From: Spirochaetia bacterium
GTDB lineage: Bacteria > Spirochaetota > Spirochaetia > SZUA-6 > Bin103
Length of the DNA: 64,000 bases
Direction: 5' to 3'
NCBI GenBank assembly: GCA_965199955.1
Contig: CBDATQ010000001.1
Span: 1,184,001-1,248,000, forward strand
Below, piece after piece: positions 1 through 11,600 of the stretch. Within the stretch, counting starts at the first letter, position 1; every line of letters begins with the position of its first letter. The notes beneath the pieces are model-generated. The model was not told the DNA's origin. It saw only the letters and a list, made by a program, of their open reading frames with translations, and did not search any database. A program made the position numbers and the translations under genes.

Positions 1-1047
1 GCGCACCTTGATCAGGACCACCAGCGAGACGAGAGTGAACATGATCTGCACGAGCGTGAACCGCACCATGACCTGGGGGCTGGACCAGCCCAGGTTGTTG
101 CGCATGTGGTCATGCAGCGGAAAGCGCAGCTTCGAGAAGATGGAGATGCGCAGGAAGCGCAGCAACGCGACCTTGATCAGCCCGGTGCCGCCGTTGACCA
201 GCAGCACGCCGGACACGATGAAGATCAGAAACGGATTTCCGGACTTGATGACCAGGATGCCGAGCAGCAGCCCCACAGCTCGTGATCCGGCATCGCCCAT
301 GAGGAGCTGGCTGGGGTGGGCGTTGTACCACAGGTAACCGGTCAGGCAGCCCACCATCGCGAACGACAGGATCGCCCACTTGGCGCCGTCGGCGTAGTGC
401 GGCAGCAGCAGGTACGCGGAGATGTCGACATTGCCGAGCACGAAGTAGAGCAGCCCGCCGAGGCTAAGCAGCGCCTGGATCGCCAGCGTCCCGGACAGGC
501 CGTCGACACCGTCCGTGCAGTTGGTGGCGTTGATGGCCGCCCAGATCAGGACGGTGCCGCCGGCGATGCAGACCGCGGGAGGTACGGTCATGATCGCGGT
601 GGTGAAGGGGAGCCAGATCTCCGCCGGCTCGGTGTTGCACAGCAGCACGGCGGTCACGAGCGAGATCCCCAGGTCGACGAGTCCCTTGCGGTATTCGTGC
701 CAGCCGCTCGCGCTGCGGTCGTCCAGGTAGCCGGCGACCATGGCCAGCGTCACGCAGGCCAGCACTCCCAGATAGGCGAGCTCGAGCGGCGCGGTGAGCA
801 CGCCGACGACCGCGAACACGAGGCAGAACACCAGCCCCGCGCCGGTCGGCTTGCCGAGTGCCGCCTCCTTGTCCACCGCGAACTCCCGACCTCGATCGCG
901 CGGCAGAAGTCCGCTGGTCCGGGGAAGCAGGATCCAGGTGGCCAGCGAGGACAGGACCAGCGCCGCGCCGGCCACGACGAAGTGGGAGCTCATCAGGCGA
1001 AACGGACCGTAGACCTGCTGCAGCGTCTCTCCGAGCAGAAACAACAT
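1..1047 (-). CDS. mraY: Phospho-N-acetylmuramoyl-pentapeptide transferase (no stop codon within the window; frame runs off the edge)
   Basis: Not in the ORF track; read manually on the minus strand. ATG at 1047 gives MLFLLGETLQQVYGPFRLMSSHF; contains NATNCTDGVDGL, MGDAGS and C-terminal FPLHDHMRNNLGWSSPQVMVRF; multiple TM segments. Confidence 0.93.
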   Translation of the reverse strand, partial: MLFLLGETLQQVYGPFRLMSSHFVVAGAALVLSSLATWILLPRTSGLLPRDRGREFAVDKEAALGKPTGAGLVFCLVFAVVGVLTAPLELAYLGVLACVTLAMVAGYLDDRSASGWHEYRKGLVDLGISLVTAVLLCNTEPAEIWLPFTTAIMTVPPAVCIAGGTVLIWAAINATNCTDGVDGLSGTLAIQALLSLGGLLYFVLGNVDISAYLLLPHYADGAKWAILSFAMVGCLTGYLWYNAHPSQLLMGDAGSRAVGLLLGILVIKSGNPFLIFIVSGVLLVNGGTGLIKVALLRFLRISIFSKLRFPLHDHMRNNLGWSSPQVMVRFTLVQIMFTLVSLVVLIKVR

Positions 1048-1128
1048 TGCGGTGGGCCGATCCTACCCCGGTTTTCCCCGGCAACGCAGGCCGTGGGCCT
1101 GCGCTGAAAGGACCGCGCCCTGCTTCCC

Positions 1129-1917
1129 TTGACGGTGCTGCAGTGGGGGTCGCTGATGGGTGGAGCCCTGCTGGTCGGGGTCACCAAGACCGGCCTGCCG
1201 GGGTTGGGAACGGTCGTTGCGCCCATCATGGCGACGGCGTTCCCGGTCCGTGCGTCGGTAGCGATCGTGTTGCCGCTGTTGATAGTCGCGGACGTGGTCG
1301 CGATCGTGTACTTCCGTCGCCACGTGGTGCGCTCGTACCTGGTGAAGCTGGTGCCGGCCGCGTTCGGCGGCATCGTCGCCGGGACGGTGCTGCTGCGCGT
1401 GGTCGACGACACGCAGCTCCGTCTGTTGATCGCGCTGATCGTCGTGACAACCGTCGCAGCGGGAGCCGTGGCGACGTGGCGGCCGCTGCGCAGGTTGCGC
1501 GGGGCCGCGGACACTCCGCCTGCGCAGGGGAGTGTCGCCGGCAGCCGGGCCGCGGTCGCCATCGCGCTCGGCATCCTGGCCGGCGCCACCTCGATGATCA
1601 GCAACGCCTCCGGATCGATCCTCACCGCCTACCTGCTGGCGATGAGGTTGCCCAAGCACGAGTTCATGGGCACCGGTGCCTGGTACTACTTCATTCTCAA
1701 CGTGTTGAAGGTGCCGCTTCACCTGGCGATCGGAACCATGACCGGCGCCACGCTGGCGCTGAACGCGGTGGCAGCGCCTGTGGTGCTTTCCGGCGCGGCG
1801 CTCGGCGTCCTGATCGTCCGCCGCCTGCCCGAGCGCGCCTTCCGCGCCGCCGCCATGGGGCTGGCCGTGCTGGCGGCGGGCAACTTGGCGGTTCGCGCGC
1901 TGCTGGCGATGGGGTGA
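1129..1917 (+). CDS. Sulfite exporter TauE/SafE family membrane protein
   Basis: GVTKTGLPGLG, LPLLIVADV, SNASGSI, LPKHEFMGT and NVLKVP motifs; strongly hydrophobic. Confidence 0.85.
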   Translation: MTVLQWGSLMGGALLVGVTKTGLPGLGTVVAPIMATAFPVRASVAIVLPLLIVADVVAIVYFRRHVVRSYLVKLVPAAFGGIVAGTVLLRVVDDTQLRLLIALIVVTTVAAGAVATWRPLRRLRGAADTPPAQGSVAGSRAAVAIALGILAGATSMISNASGSILTAYLLAMRLPKHEFMGTGAWYYFILNVLKVPLHLAIGTMTGATLALNAVAAPVVLSGAALGVLIVRRLPERAFRAAAMGLAVLAAGNLAVRALLAMG

Positions 1918-1977
1918 AGAGCGTCGTGAAGGTGGGGATGGGCCGAAAGCGGAGCCGCAGTCGACGGTCTCGGGGCG

Positions 1978-3258
1978 TTACAGCCCGGCCGCAAGGCTGT
2001 GCAGGTGGTGGGCGAAGTGCTCAGCCAGCACCTCGGTATAGGTGTCCGGGTGCGCCTCCAGCACCGATCGGACGGCCTGCCCGAGATCGGGATGGGTCAG
2101 CGTGGAGCCGAAGGTGCAGTGCAGGATCTGGCGGCCCGGTTCGCTGAATCCCGTGCCGGCGCCCACGTACTGCCAGCGCTCCAGGTAGACGGTCTCGAGC
2201 TCCGGCGCGCGCAGGTCCTCCGGCGGCGGCACCCGCTCCACCGAGGCCGACACGTGGTAGGTGGCCTTGTCGGTGTCGTAGCGCGAGCGGGCAAAGGCGA
2301 TGATGCGCCGGAACAGCGCCTCGTCATGCCGGGCGACCACGCGCAGGGCTTCCAGGTAGGAGGTGCCGGCGGTCTTCACGTGGAAGCATCCCTCGGTGGC
2401 GCGTGACAGAGCCGGGTACATCGACAGCTTGTCCGACCCCGAATGCAGGGACAGCTTGTACGGTCCGAAGTGGCGGGAGATGGCGCAGTGCTCCCGCAGC
2501 GAACGCTCCAGTGCCGGTACGTCCCCCTTGTAGTCGACGCCCTTCTCGAAGTCGCCGATGTAGCGCGGCGCCAGAGCCACAAGGGGTACCCCGCGCCGGC
2601 GGCACTGGTCGGCGATGATGTAGTGCTCGGCCAGGGTGGTGGGCTGCTCGGTCTCGTCGACCGAAAGCTCGATCTCGTAGTCGCGGCCGGCGTTGCGGGA
2701 GTGGATCTCCCCGGCCAGATCGGCCGCCAGATTCAGGGCCGGCCCGTACTTGACCGCACAGCGCAGGCACGCCTCTTCGCTGAGTTGAAGCGTCATGTCT
2801 CCCGGCAGCGTCACCGTGCGCCCGCGGTAGTCCGCAACCCAGTCGACCTGTGCGCGCACCGCCGCGTAACGCTCGCGCAGGGTCGCCTCGTCGTAGCGGT
2901 CCGCGTGCTCGTCCACCGCGTCGGAAGGGTCGATCGTGAAGAATCGGAAACCCGCCTCGGTGGTCACCGCCACGTCCTGCGGTGTCTTCAGGTGATCGGC
3001 GTCCGCCCCGGTCGGGCCGTCCCAGCCGGCTCGCGCCATGCCGTCCAGCGCGTCGGTCATCACGTCGACGGGCGTCCGCCCGGTTCGCTGCATCTCGCGG
3101 ATCGACTGCTGCGGGAAGATCGGCTGGATCGGCACCCCCGCCGCGCGCAGGGCCTGCACGTGGCCGGGCGTCGCCAGGCCGATCCGGTCGCCGAAGCCGA
3201 AGCTGGGATCGAGTCCCAGTGTGACCGCCGTGTCGGTGCCGCCGTCGTCATGAGCCAT
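1978..3258 (-). CDS. uxaE: Tagaturonate/fructuronate epimerase family protein
   Basis: SFGFGDRIGLATPGH, QQSIREM.RTGR, GADADHLKT, ELSVDETEQPT, KLSLHSGSDK, HVKTAGTSYLEALR. Confidence 0.9.
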   Translation of the reverse strand: MAHDDGGTDTAVTLGLDPSFGFGDRIGLATPGHVQALRAAGVPIQPIFPQQSIREMQRTGRTPVDVMTDALDGMARAGWDGPTGADADHLKTPQDVAVTTEAGFRFFTIDPSDAVDEHADRYDEATLRERYAAVRAQVDWVADYRGRTVTLPGDMTLQLSEEACLRCAVKYGPALNLAADLAGEIHSRNAGRDYEIELSVDETEQPTTLAEHYIIADQCRRRGVPLVALAPRYIGDFEKGVDYKGDVPALERSLREHCAISRHFGPYKLSLHSGSDKLSMYPALSRATEGCFHVKTAGTSYLEALRVVARHDEALFRRIIAFARSRYDTDKATYHVSASVERVPPPEDLRAPELETVYLERWQYVGAGTGFSEPGRQILHCTFGSTLTHPDLGQAVRSVLEAHPDTYTEVLAEHFAHHLHSLAAGL

Positions 3259-3282
3259 ACCGGCAACGTAGCATGACCGTGC

Positions 3283-4326
3283 ATGACCGGGCCCGAGATG
3301 CCGTCACTCGTCTCCCTGGCGTCCCGCTGGTCCGGGCGCTTCACGGCGGCGGCGGCGTGGCGGATGGAGGCGGGCCACCACGCTGCGGTCAGGACGATCG
3401 GAATCAGCGAGCAGGGCCGGCCGGTGCTGGGTGCCGTGATCGGCACCGGCAACCGTCACGCGACGCTGATCGGCGGCGCGCACGCCGACGAGCCGGTGGG
3501 CCCGGAGACGCTGCGGCTACTCATCGTGTCAGCCACCCGCCCCGAGGCGGCCCTGGCAGCGGTGTTGCGGCAGTGGAGACTATGGGTGGTTCCCCACGTC
3601 AATCCCGACGGTGAGCTTGCCAATCACGCATGGATCGAGCGCTGGCCGTCGGTCGACGCCTTCCTGGGCCATGTGCTGCGCGAGCCGCCGGGACGCGATC
3701 TGGAGTTCGGGTTTCCTTCCATGCGTCCGGAGAACGTGGCGGTGGCGGCGTTCATGGCACGAGCGGCTCCTGTTCGCCTTCACGCCAGCCTCCACGGGAT
3801 GGCCTTCGCCGAGGGGGCCGCACTGCTCATCGAACGCGGCTGGGTCACCCGCACGGCACGGCTGCGGCGGGCGTTCAGCGCTGCGGCGGCCGAGTGCGGA
3901 GTCGGGCTGCACGACGAGGACCGCCGCGGCGAGAAGGGATTCCACTACGTGGGACCGGGATTCGCCACAACCCCGACCGGCGCGGCAATGCGTGCGCACT
4001 TCCGGGATGCCGGCGACCCTGAGACCGCCGCCCTGTTCCACGACAGCTCGATGGAGCAGGTCGCCCGATCGGCACCCGGGCCCGAAGCTCCGCGGTGTCT
4101 GGTCACGGAGGTGCCCCTGTTTCGCGTGTCGAGGCGGGCGGGCGGCCACGTGGCGCTTCGGGCACGGCTTCCCGAGCTGACGATGCGGGCGCATCGCGGC
4201 GTCCCGGTGACGGACGAGCTTGCGCGCTTCGGTGTCGAGCCGGTGGACCCGCGCGCGGCGATCCGGCTGCAACTCCACGCGATCGAGCTCGGGCTGGCGG
4301 CTACGGATCGTCCGGATCGGCCTTGA
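3283..4326 (+). CDS. M14 family zinc carboxypeptidase
   Basis: GAHADEPVG (HxxE), PHVNPDG, SLHGM, late TEVP glutamate. Confidence 0.75.
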   Translation: MTGPEMPSLVSLASRWSGRFTAAAAWRMEAGHHAAVRTIGISEQGRPVLGAVIGTGNRHATLIGGAHADEPVGPETLRLLIVSATRPEAALAAVLRQWRLWVVPHVNPDGELANHAWIERWPSVDAFLGHVLREPPGRDLEFGFPSMRPENVAVAAFMARAAPVRLHASLHGMAFAEGAALLIERGWVTRTARLRRAFSAAAAECGVGLHDEDRRGEKGFHYVGPGFATTPTGAAMRAHFRDAGDPETAALFHDSSMEQVARSAPGPEAPRCLVTEVPLFRVSRRAGGHVALRARLPELTMRAHRGVPVTDELARFGVEPVDPRAAIRLQLHAIELGLAATDRPDRP

Positions 4327-5365
4327 CCGGCGGGGCCGCGACCCCGCGCTGAGCCGCTGCCTCCGTCAGGGAGCGCCAGGTAGCCCGATCGATCGGGATG
4401 CCGAGCCGCTCGTGCTCGGCGCTGGCGCGCCGCTCCGGATCTCCCGGCACCATGACCGCATCGACGCCGGGTGCGGGCGCGGCGCTTCTGATCATGCCGC
4501 TGTGTGCCGCGACGCCGGCCAGCACCTCGTCCAGCGGGTGCAGGCGGCGGATGTCGATGACGATGAACAGGACGCCGTTGCCCGCCACCAGGCCGGGCAG
4601 GGCGGGGGTGCCCTTGCCGGCCACGACGCCGCCGAGCAGGTCGGTGATGATGGCCAGGCCCGATCCCTTGTAGCCGCCGAATGCCAGCAACGGCCCGCCC
4701 GCGTAGTGGTCGCCCGGGTCGGTGGTGGGTTGGCCGTCGGGTGAGAGCAGCCATCCCTCCGGGACCGACCGTCCCTTGTTGACCGCGATCTGCAGCTTGC
4801 CCTCCGCAACCGCGCTGGTGGCGAAATCGCAGAGCACCGTGCGGCCGTCCGCGGACGGGGTCGCCGCGGCGAACGGATTGGTCCCGAACACGGCTTGCAC
4901 GCTGCCGAACGGGGCGACCCGCCCGTTGGCGCTGGTGGCCGTGCAGAAGGCCAGGCCGACCATTCCTTCGTCCGCGGCCATCTCCACGTAGTCGCCGAGC
5001 CGGCCGAGGTGGGTGGTGCGGACCAGCGCGACGCTCGAAACCCCGTGCTCGCGCGCCTTGCGGATCGCGATCTCCATGGCGAATCGGCCGGCGATCTGCC
5101 CGAAGCCGTCGTGCCCGTCGACGCGTGCGGTGGCGCCGTCCTCGCCGGTCAGCTCGGGTCGCGCGCGCCGGTCGATGGTCCCCTGGTCGATCCCCTCCAG
5201 GTACGCCGGCGCGCGGAGGATCCCGTGCGACGCGTGTCCGGCCACGTCCGCGGCCACCAGTGCCTGCGCCACGCACGTGGCGTCCTCGTCCGTGGCCCCG
5301 GCGGCCCGGAGGGTCGCGGCCACGAACCGCTCCAGGTCGCGGGCGGCGACTCGCACCGAGGACAC
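4301..5365 (-). CDS. Ldh2 family (type-2 malate/L-lactate/sulfolactate dehydrogenase-like) oxidoreductase
   Basis: ADVAGHASHG, DGHDGFGQ, HLGRLG, GTNPFA, DFATS, FGGYKGSGL, VMVPGDPE. Confidence 0.88.
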   Translation of the reverse strand: MSSVRVAARDLERFVAATLRAAGATDEDATCVAQALVAADVAGHASHGILRAPAYLEGIDQGTIDRRARPELTGEDGATARVDGHDGFGQIAGRFAMEIAIRKAREHGVSSVALVRTTHLGRLGDYVEMAADEGMVGLAFCTATSANGRVAPFGSVQAVFGTNPFAAATPSADGRTVLCDFATSAVAEGKLQIAVNKGRSVPEGWLLSPDGQPTTDPGDHYAGGPLLAFGGYKGSGLAIITDLLGGVVAGKGTPALPGLVAGNGVLFIVIDIRRLHPLDEVLAGVAAHSGMIRSAAPAPGVDAVMVPGDPERRASAEHERLGIPIDRATWRSLTEAAAQRGVAAPPVKADPDDP

Positions 5366-5370
5366 CGGCG

Positions 5371-7278
5371 TCAGGCGAACAGCCGAGCGATCTGCTCGGC
5401 GTACAGCTCGGCCACGGCGGCGCGCTTGACCTCCTGCTTGTGCGACAGCTCACGGCCGACCTCGAACGGCCGGTGCAGCAGATGGATGCGCGAAACCCGC
5501 TCGAACGGCTTGAATCCATTGGCGGCCGAGACGCGGGCGGAGACCTCCGACTGGGTGAGCTTCCGGATCTGCGGATGTTCGGCCAGCGCCTGCAGGTCGC
5601 CCTTGATAGCGGCGCCGGCCGCGTGCTCGGTGACCGCCTCCTCGTTCAGCACGACCAGCGCGGCGAGGGATCGCTGGTCCTGGCCGATCACCACGGCGCG
5701 GTCGATGTACTTGGACTCCTGCATGCGCTCCTCGATCGGCGCGGGCTCCACGTTCTCGCCGCCCATCAGCACGATGGTGTCCTTGGCGCGGCCGCGGATG
5801 ATCAGGTCGCCGTCAACCGTCGTCATCCCCAGGTCGCCGGTGTCCAGCCAGCCGTCGTGCAGGACCGCCTCGGTCAGATCGGGGCGTTTGTAATAGCCCT
5901 GCATCACCTGCGGGCCGCGCACGTGCACGACGCCGAGCTCGCCGGGCCCCAGGTGCCGTCCTTCCTCGTCGACGATGCGCAGTCCCGTGCCCGGCAACAG
6001 CCGTCCGACCGTGCCGGACACCGGCGCCGACTCCGGCCGGATCGCCACGCCCGGGGCCGTTTCGGTCAGGCCGTAGGCGTTGAGCAGCAGCACGCCGGCG
6101 GCAGCGAAGAACCCGTCCACGTAGTCGGGAAGGGCTCCGCCGCCCGAAATGGCGCCGCGGAACCGGCCGCCAAGCCGCGCCTTGATCTTCGAGAACACCA
6201 GCGCCGCGCCCAGCGCCTTCAGCGGCGACAGGAGCACGAGGGGAACCAGGCCGCCTGCCTGCTCGGCCCCGCGCGAGCGAGGTTTGAGATGGGCCACCAG
6301 TCCGCGCACCCTTGAGCGGGCGCGCGTGTGAGCGCTGCCGGTGGCGACGAACAGGCCGAACAGGGCTTTCTTGAGGCCGCCCTCATGCTCGGCGTTGCGG
6401 TACACGGCCGAGCGAACGGCGTCCCAGATGCGTGGGACCGACGCCATCCAGTGCGGGCGCACCGTCGCCATGTCCGCGATCAGGACGCTGCCGACCGGTT
6501 TGGAGTAGGCCAGCGTGGTGGCGCTGGCGATCGTGCAGTACTCGAAGATCCGCTCGAAGGAGTGCCAGACCGGCAGGACGCTGAGCCAGATCTGCCCGGG
6601 CTCGGTGGTCAGGAACTCGGGGATGCATCCGGTCTGGAACACGAAGTTGCGGTGCGACAACACCACGCCCTTGGGCTCGCCGGTGGTCCCGGAGGTGAAG
6701 ATGATGGTGGCGACGTCATCGGCCGTGCCGCGCTGGAGGTGCGCTCGATAGAAGTCGGGCTGCAGCTCCGTGACGATGCGCCCGGCGCGGAGCACCTGTG
6801 CGTACGGGATCACCAGCACCCCGTCGCGCTCTTCGCGCGACGAGATCTCCGGATCCAGCACCACGATGGTGCGCAGTGCCGGCAGGTCCTCCCGCACCGA
6901 CAGCACCTTGTCGAGTTGCGTGCGGTCTTCCACCAGGCACACCGGTGCGTCGACCTGCGCCAGGATGAAGCGGAACTCCTCGGCGGTGCTGTCCGCGCCG
7001 CGCGGCACGTCGGCCGCGCCCAGCCCCAGAATCGCCAGATCGGCGACCAGCCACTCCCGGCGATTGTCGGCCAGCAGGCCGACCCGGTCGCCGCGGCGTA
7101 CGCCCAGCTCCTGCAGGCCGGCGGCAAAGTCGCCGACCTCGGCAAAGAGCTCCGAGTACGAGGTGGGCTGGAACCGGCCCCGCGCGTCCTTGCTGAGCTG
7201 GGCCGCTATCAGGCCGTACTCGTGGCACACGCGCGCGAACAGCTTGGGAATCGTGTCCTCGGCTGTACCCGCCGCCAC
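5371..7278 (-). CDS. Long-chain fatty-acid--CoA ligase (AMP-binding)
   Basis: IFTSGTTGEPKGV, YGLTET, GWLDTGDLG, GRAKDTIVLMGGENVEP. Confidence 0.9.
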   Translation of the reverse strand: MAAGTAEDTIPKLFARVCHEYGLIAAQLSKDARGRFQPTSYSELFAEVGDFAAGLQELGVRRGDRVGLLADNRREWLVADLAILGLGAADVPRGADSTAEEFRFILAQVDAPVCLVEDRTQLDKVLSVREDLPALRTIVVLDPEISSREERDGVLVIPYAQVLRAGRIVTELQPDFYRAHLQRGTADDVATIIFTSGTTGEPKGVVLSHRNFVFQTGCIPEFLTTEPGQIWLSVLPVWHSFERIFEYCTIASATTLAYSKPVGSVLIADMATVRPHWMASVPRIWDAVRSAVYRNAEHEGGLKKALFGLFVATGSAHTRARSRVRGLVAHLKPRSRGAEQAGGLVPLVLLSPLKALGAALVFSKIKARLGGRFRGAISGGGALPDYVDGFFAAAGVLLLNAYGLTETAPGVAIRPESAPVSGTVGRLLPGTGLRIVDEEGRHLGPGELGVVHVRGPQVMQGYYKRPDLTEAVLHDGWLDTGDLGMTTVDGDLIIRGRAKDTIVLMGGENVEPAPIEERMQESKYIDRAVVIGQDQRSLAALVVLNEEAVTEHAAGAAIKGDLQALAEHPQIRKLTQSEVSARVSAANGFKPFERVSRIHLLHRPFEVGRELSHKQEVKRAAVAELYAEQIARLFA

Positions 7279-7484
7279 AGGGGCGGACGGTAGCGAGCCA
7301 CCGGTCGGATTGTCAATTTCGCCCGTGGGACTCGGGCCGAGGTGCCGAAGATGCCCGGACCTGCCGAAGATAGATGATGTGGAGTCTTCGTCGGCGGAAA
7401 CCGCGAGTGCGGTCGCGGAACACCCCCGCGGCGATGGCCCAAGATCTTGGCCCGTGACAGCCGCGCGCCTATGATCGAGAGCGT

Positions 7485-8591
7485 ATGAAAATCACCGATG
7501 TCGAGGTGCGCTGCTACGCGTGGCCGCGCCCCGTGCCGATCAGCAACGGCAAGTACACGTACACCGACGTGACCTTCACGCCGGTCCTCATCCACACCGA
7601 CGAAGGAGTCACCGGCGTCGGCTGGACCGGCGGAACCGCCGCCGGTCGCCCGGGCGCCATCGCCCAGGCGCTGGTCGGACACTTCCGGCAGGCGCTCGTC
7701 GGCCGCGATCCCTTCGCCTATCGGCGGCTCTGGGACGACATGTGGGAGCCCAAGATCGTCGGGCGGCGGGGAATGTCGACGCAGGTCATCAGCGCGCTCG
7801 ACGTCGCGGTCTGGGACCTGATCGGCAAGGCGACCGGCCGGTCCGTCCACCACCTGCTCGGCGGCTACACCGACCGCATCCCCGCCTATATCGCCGGCGG
7901 CTACTACGAGGAAGGCAAGGGGCTGCGCGAGCTGGCCCAGGAGATGGAAGAGAACCTGGAGCTCGGCGCGCGGGCGGTGAAGATGAAGGTCGGCGCCGTG
8001 CCGATCCCGGAAGACGTCGAGCGCGTGCGCGTGGTGCGCGACGCGATCGGTCCGGACATCTCCTTGCTGGTCGATGCCAACAACTCCTACAGCGCCTACC
8101 AGGCGATCGACTTCGCCCGGCGCATCGAGGAGTTCGACGTCTTCTGGTTCGAGGAGCCGGTGGCGCCCGACGATTACCGGGGACACGCTCGCGTGGCAGC
8201 GGCCACCAGCATCCCGGTCGCGACCGGCGAGAATGAGTACACCCGCTACGGGTTTCGCGATCTGATCGAGCACGACGGCGCGGCCATCCTCAACGTCGAC
8301 GCCCAGATCGTCGGCGGCATCACGGAGTTCATGAACGTCGCCGCGCTGGCTGCCGCCCACGATCTCGCGATCGCCCCGCACGGTGCGCAGGAAATCCACG
8401 TCCATCTGGTGGCGGCCGTGCAGGGAGGCCTGATCCTGGAGTATTACCGGGAGACGATAGATCCCCTGCGCGGGCGCCTGTTCAGTCCGAAGCTGACCCT
8501 GGATGACGACGGGCAGGTCGTGGTTCCGGATGCGCCGGGACTGGGCATCGAGATCGACTTCGACGTGCTCGCCGAGCATCGCGTTGCCTGA
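7485..8591 (+). CDS. Mandelate racemase/muconate lactonizing enzyme family protein (probable sugar-acid dehydratase)
   Basis: SALDVAVWDL, KMK, LLVDAN, WFEEP, ATGENE, APH motifs of the enolase superfamily. Confidence 0.88.
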   Translation: MKITDVEVRCYAWPRPVPISNGKYTYTDVTFTPVLIHTDEGVTGVGWTGGTAAGRPGAIAQALVGHFRQALVGRDPFAYRRLWDDMWEPKIVGRRGMSTQVISALDVAVWDLIGKATGRSVHHLLGGYTDRIPAYIAGGYYEEGKGLRELAQEMEENLELGARAVKMKVGAVPIPEDVERVRVVRDAIGPDISLLVDANNSYSAYQAIDFARRIEEFDVFWFEEPVAPDDYRGHARVAAATSIPVATGENEYTRYGFRDLIEHDGAAILNVDAQIVGGITEFMNVAALAAAHDLAIAPHGAQEIHVHLVAAVQGGLILEYYRETIDPLRGRLFSPKLTLDDDGQVVVPDAPGLGIEIDFDVLAEHRVA

Positions 8592-8692
8592 ACGGTATCG
8601 GCGGTAGCGCCGGCAGGATGCCTTCGGAAACGGCACCTACGCTGACTCGCCGCCGGGCCGTGGTGGCACGGTGCGTCAGCCGCGGTCCGGTG

Positions 8693-11600
8693 ATGCGTGC
8701 CCGGCGCATGGTCGTCGGCGCCTTGCTGGTGGGCGCCACAGGCTGGCTGTCTGCACTGGGCGGTGACGAACAGCCTGCTCCGGCGGTGGCGGTCAACGCC
8801 GATCCTCCGCATTTCTCACCCGCTCACTCGCCGGGCGAAAACGACACGACCAGGCTGGTGACCGCCGTCGACGTTCAGCAGGCCGGCGCAGTGGTCAAGG
8901 CGTACCGCCTGGTGATCAGCGACGAGGACGGCCGGCCGGTGCGCACCATGGATGGCGACAGCGGGGAGCCCATCCCCGACGTGGTGCCGCGCCTGCTGAT
9001 CGACCTGGGGTTGCAGGAGCCCGCCTCGATCGAAGTGCCGGAGTCGTTCACCTGGGACGGCCGCGACGACCGGGGAGCCCGGGTTCTGGAAGGCGTCTAC
9101 CGCTTCGTCCTCGAGGTAACCGACGACTTCGGCAACACCGGGCGCTCCGAGCCGAGGCAGGTCATGGTGGATGACACCCCGCCGGCGGTCACCGTCGAGG
9201 CCGAGTACCCGATCTTCTCGCCCGACGGCGATGGGAGCAGGGACAGCCTGCCGATCCTGCAGACCGGGTCGAGCGAGGTACGATGGTCCGGACGGTTTTT
9301 CGACAGCCTCGGGGCGGTGGTCCGCACGTTCCTGTGGACCGACGGGCCACCGGCGGATTTCCTCTGGGACGGCCGGGACAGCGACGGGCGTGTGCTCCCG
9401 GACGGCACCTACCGCTATCGGATGAGCGCACTCGACCTGGCCGGCAACGATACCGTCGTCACCGTCGACGGCATCGTGATCGACACCGTGACCAGACGGC
9501 TGGAGATCGATCTGGCGCTGCCGGCGTTCTCTCCGAACGGCGACGGCGTTCTCGACGAGATGATCTTTCCCGTCACCATCGACGTGGGCGACAGTCTGGT
9601 CGACTGGCAGGCGGAGGTCCGTGATGCGGACGCTCGGGTGATGCGCACCATGTCCGGGCCGGCCCCGGTTCCGCAACCGCTGCGCTTCGACGGACGCAAC
9701 GATGAACGAGCGGTGATTGCCGAGGGCGACTACACGCTGGTGCTATCCGCCCGGTATACGAACGGCAGCACGCGGGTCGTCGCGTCGCCGCCGTTCACGC
9801 TGGATGTCACGCCACCGGACGCGTTCGTGCAGCTCCATTACGAGACGATCTCGCCCAACGGCGACGGCGTTCGCGACGAACTGCTGGTGACTCAGGAGTC
9901 GTCCGGAGACGGGGCATGGCTGGTGTCGATCACGGATGAACGCGGTGAGCCGGTGTGGTCGGAGCGCGCGCCGGTCGCCAGCGTCACGTTCCGGTGGGAC
10001 GGCCGCGACAGCCTGGGCAGGCGGGTCGCTGACGGCCGCTACCTCTACGAGCTGTCGGGGCGCGACGGCGCAGGCAACGGCTTCTCCTCCGGGCCGCTCG
10101 CCTTCACCGTCGACACCCGCGAAGCGACGGCTTCGCTGCAGGCCGGCCGTACGCATTTTTCGCCGAACGGCGACGGGATCCAGGACACGGTGGAGATCGC
10201 ACCCGAGCTCTCGGTCACCGACAGCATCGAGTCGGCGCAGCTCGAGATCGCCGACGCGTCCGGCACCGTCTGGTATCGGGAACGTGGCCGCGCGGCGGTC
10301 GAGCGCTTCGCGTGGACGGGCCTGGCCGGCGACGGCAAGCCGTTTCCGGACGGCGAGTACTCCGTGCGGCTCGCCGTGCAGTACGCCAACGGCACCAGCG
10401 CGGCCGCCGAAGGCGAGCCGATCACGCTCGACACGACGTATCCGACGATCGAAGCGAGCACCGACGATCTCCTGTTCTCGCCGGACGGCGACGGCGTCAA
10501 GGACGAGCTGCTCATCAAGCAGGCGTCGAGCAGCGAGGAGATCTGGGAGGCTCGCTTCATCGACCAGGACGGCATGGCGGTCGCCACCGCGAGCTGGCAG
10601 GGCCGGGTGGCCGATTACCGCTGGAACGGGATGGACGATCAGGGGGCGCCCGGGGCAGACGGGACGTACCAGTACCAGGTCACGGCTACGGACGCCGCCG
10701 GCAACAGCGTCACCGCGCTCCTGCCGGGTATACGGCTGGACACGCGTCAAACCGAGGCTCGCGTGGATGTAGCCGAAGCCGAGCGGACCGGCGCCGCCGT
10801 CGCCTTCTCGCCCAACGCTGACGGCGAACTCGACGAGATGCTGTTCAGCCTGTCGGCGACGCCGGACGTGCCGGTTGAGACCTGGACGCTTGCGGTCCTC
10901 GACTCGTCCGAGGCCCCGGTGCGGATCTTCCGCGGCGGTCGGGAGCTGCCTGCGACACAGCGCTGGCTGGGCCGCGCCACGACCGGCGACATGGCGCAGG
11001 ACGGCGAGTACACCGCGGTGTTCACGGTCGTCTACCGCAAGGGCGACGTCGCCGAGGACCGGTTGGACGTGCCCATCATCCTGGACACGGTCTACCCGGC
11101 GTTCGAGGTGGAAGCCGACTACCTCCTGTTCTCGCCGGACGGGGACGGCAACCGCGACGTGCTGCGGATCACCCATGCCACGGATGCCGAGCACGAGTGG
11201 CACACCGAGCTGGTGGCCGCCGACGGCACGATCGTCCGCGAGCTCACGGTATCGGATGGCGCGCTTCGCGACCTGGTCTGGGACGGCACGGACAGTCAGG
11301 GCACGCGCGTGCCGGACGGCGAGTACCGCTACCGCGTACGCGGCACCGACGCCGCCGGCAACGTCACCACCGGGGAGCTGCCGCCGATCCGCGTGGATAC
11401 CCGTACGGGCGCAGCGTGGATGGAAGCGTCCACGACCGGCTTCTCCCCGAACGGTGACGGCGTGGACGACGAGATGTTCTTCGAGTTGCGGGTCACCGAG
11501 GAGCTGCCGTTGCAGGCGTGGGAGCTTGTCATCGCCGACGTCGGCGGCGATGCGGTGCGTACCTACAGCGGCGTCTCCGAGACGATCTTTCCGATGCGCC

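Noticed and set aside
7280..7484. Structured ncRNA in the acyl-CoA ligase / enolase-family intergenic region (TGCCGAAGAT twice, CCAAGATCTTGG palindrome)
   Set aside because: Short motifs only, with no recognisable RNA family; may be regulator sites but cannot be supported.
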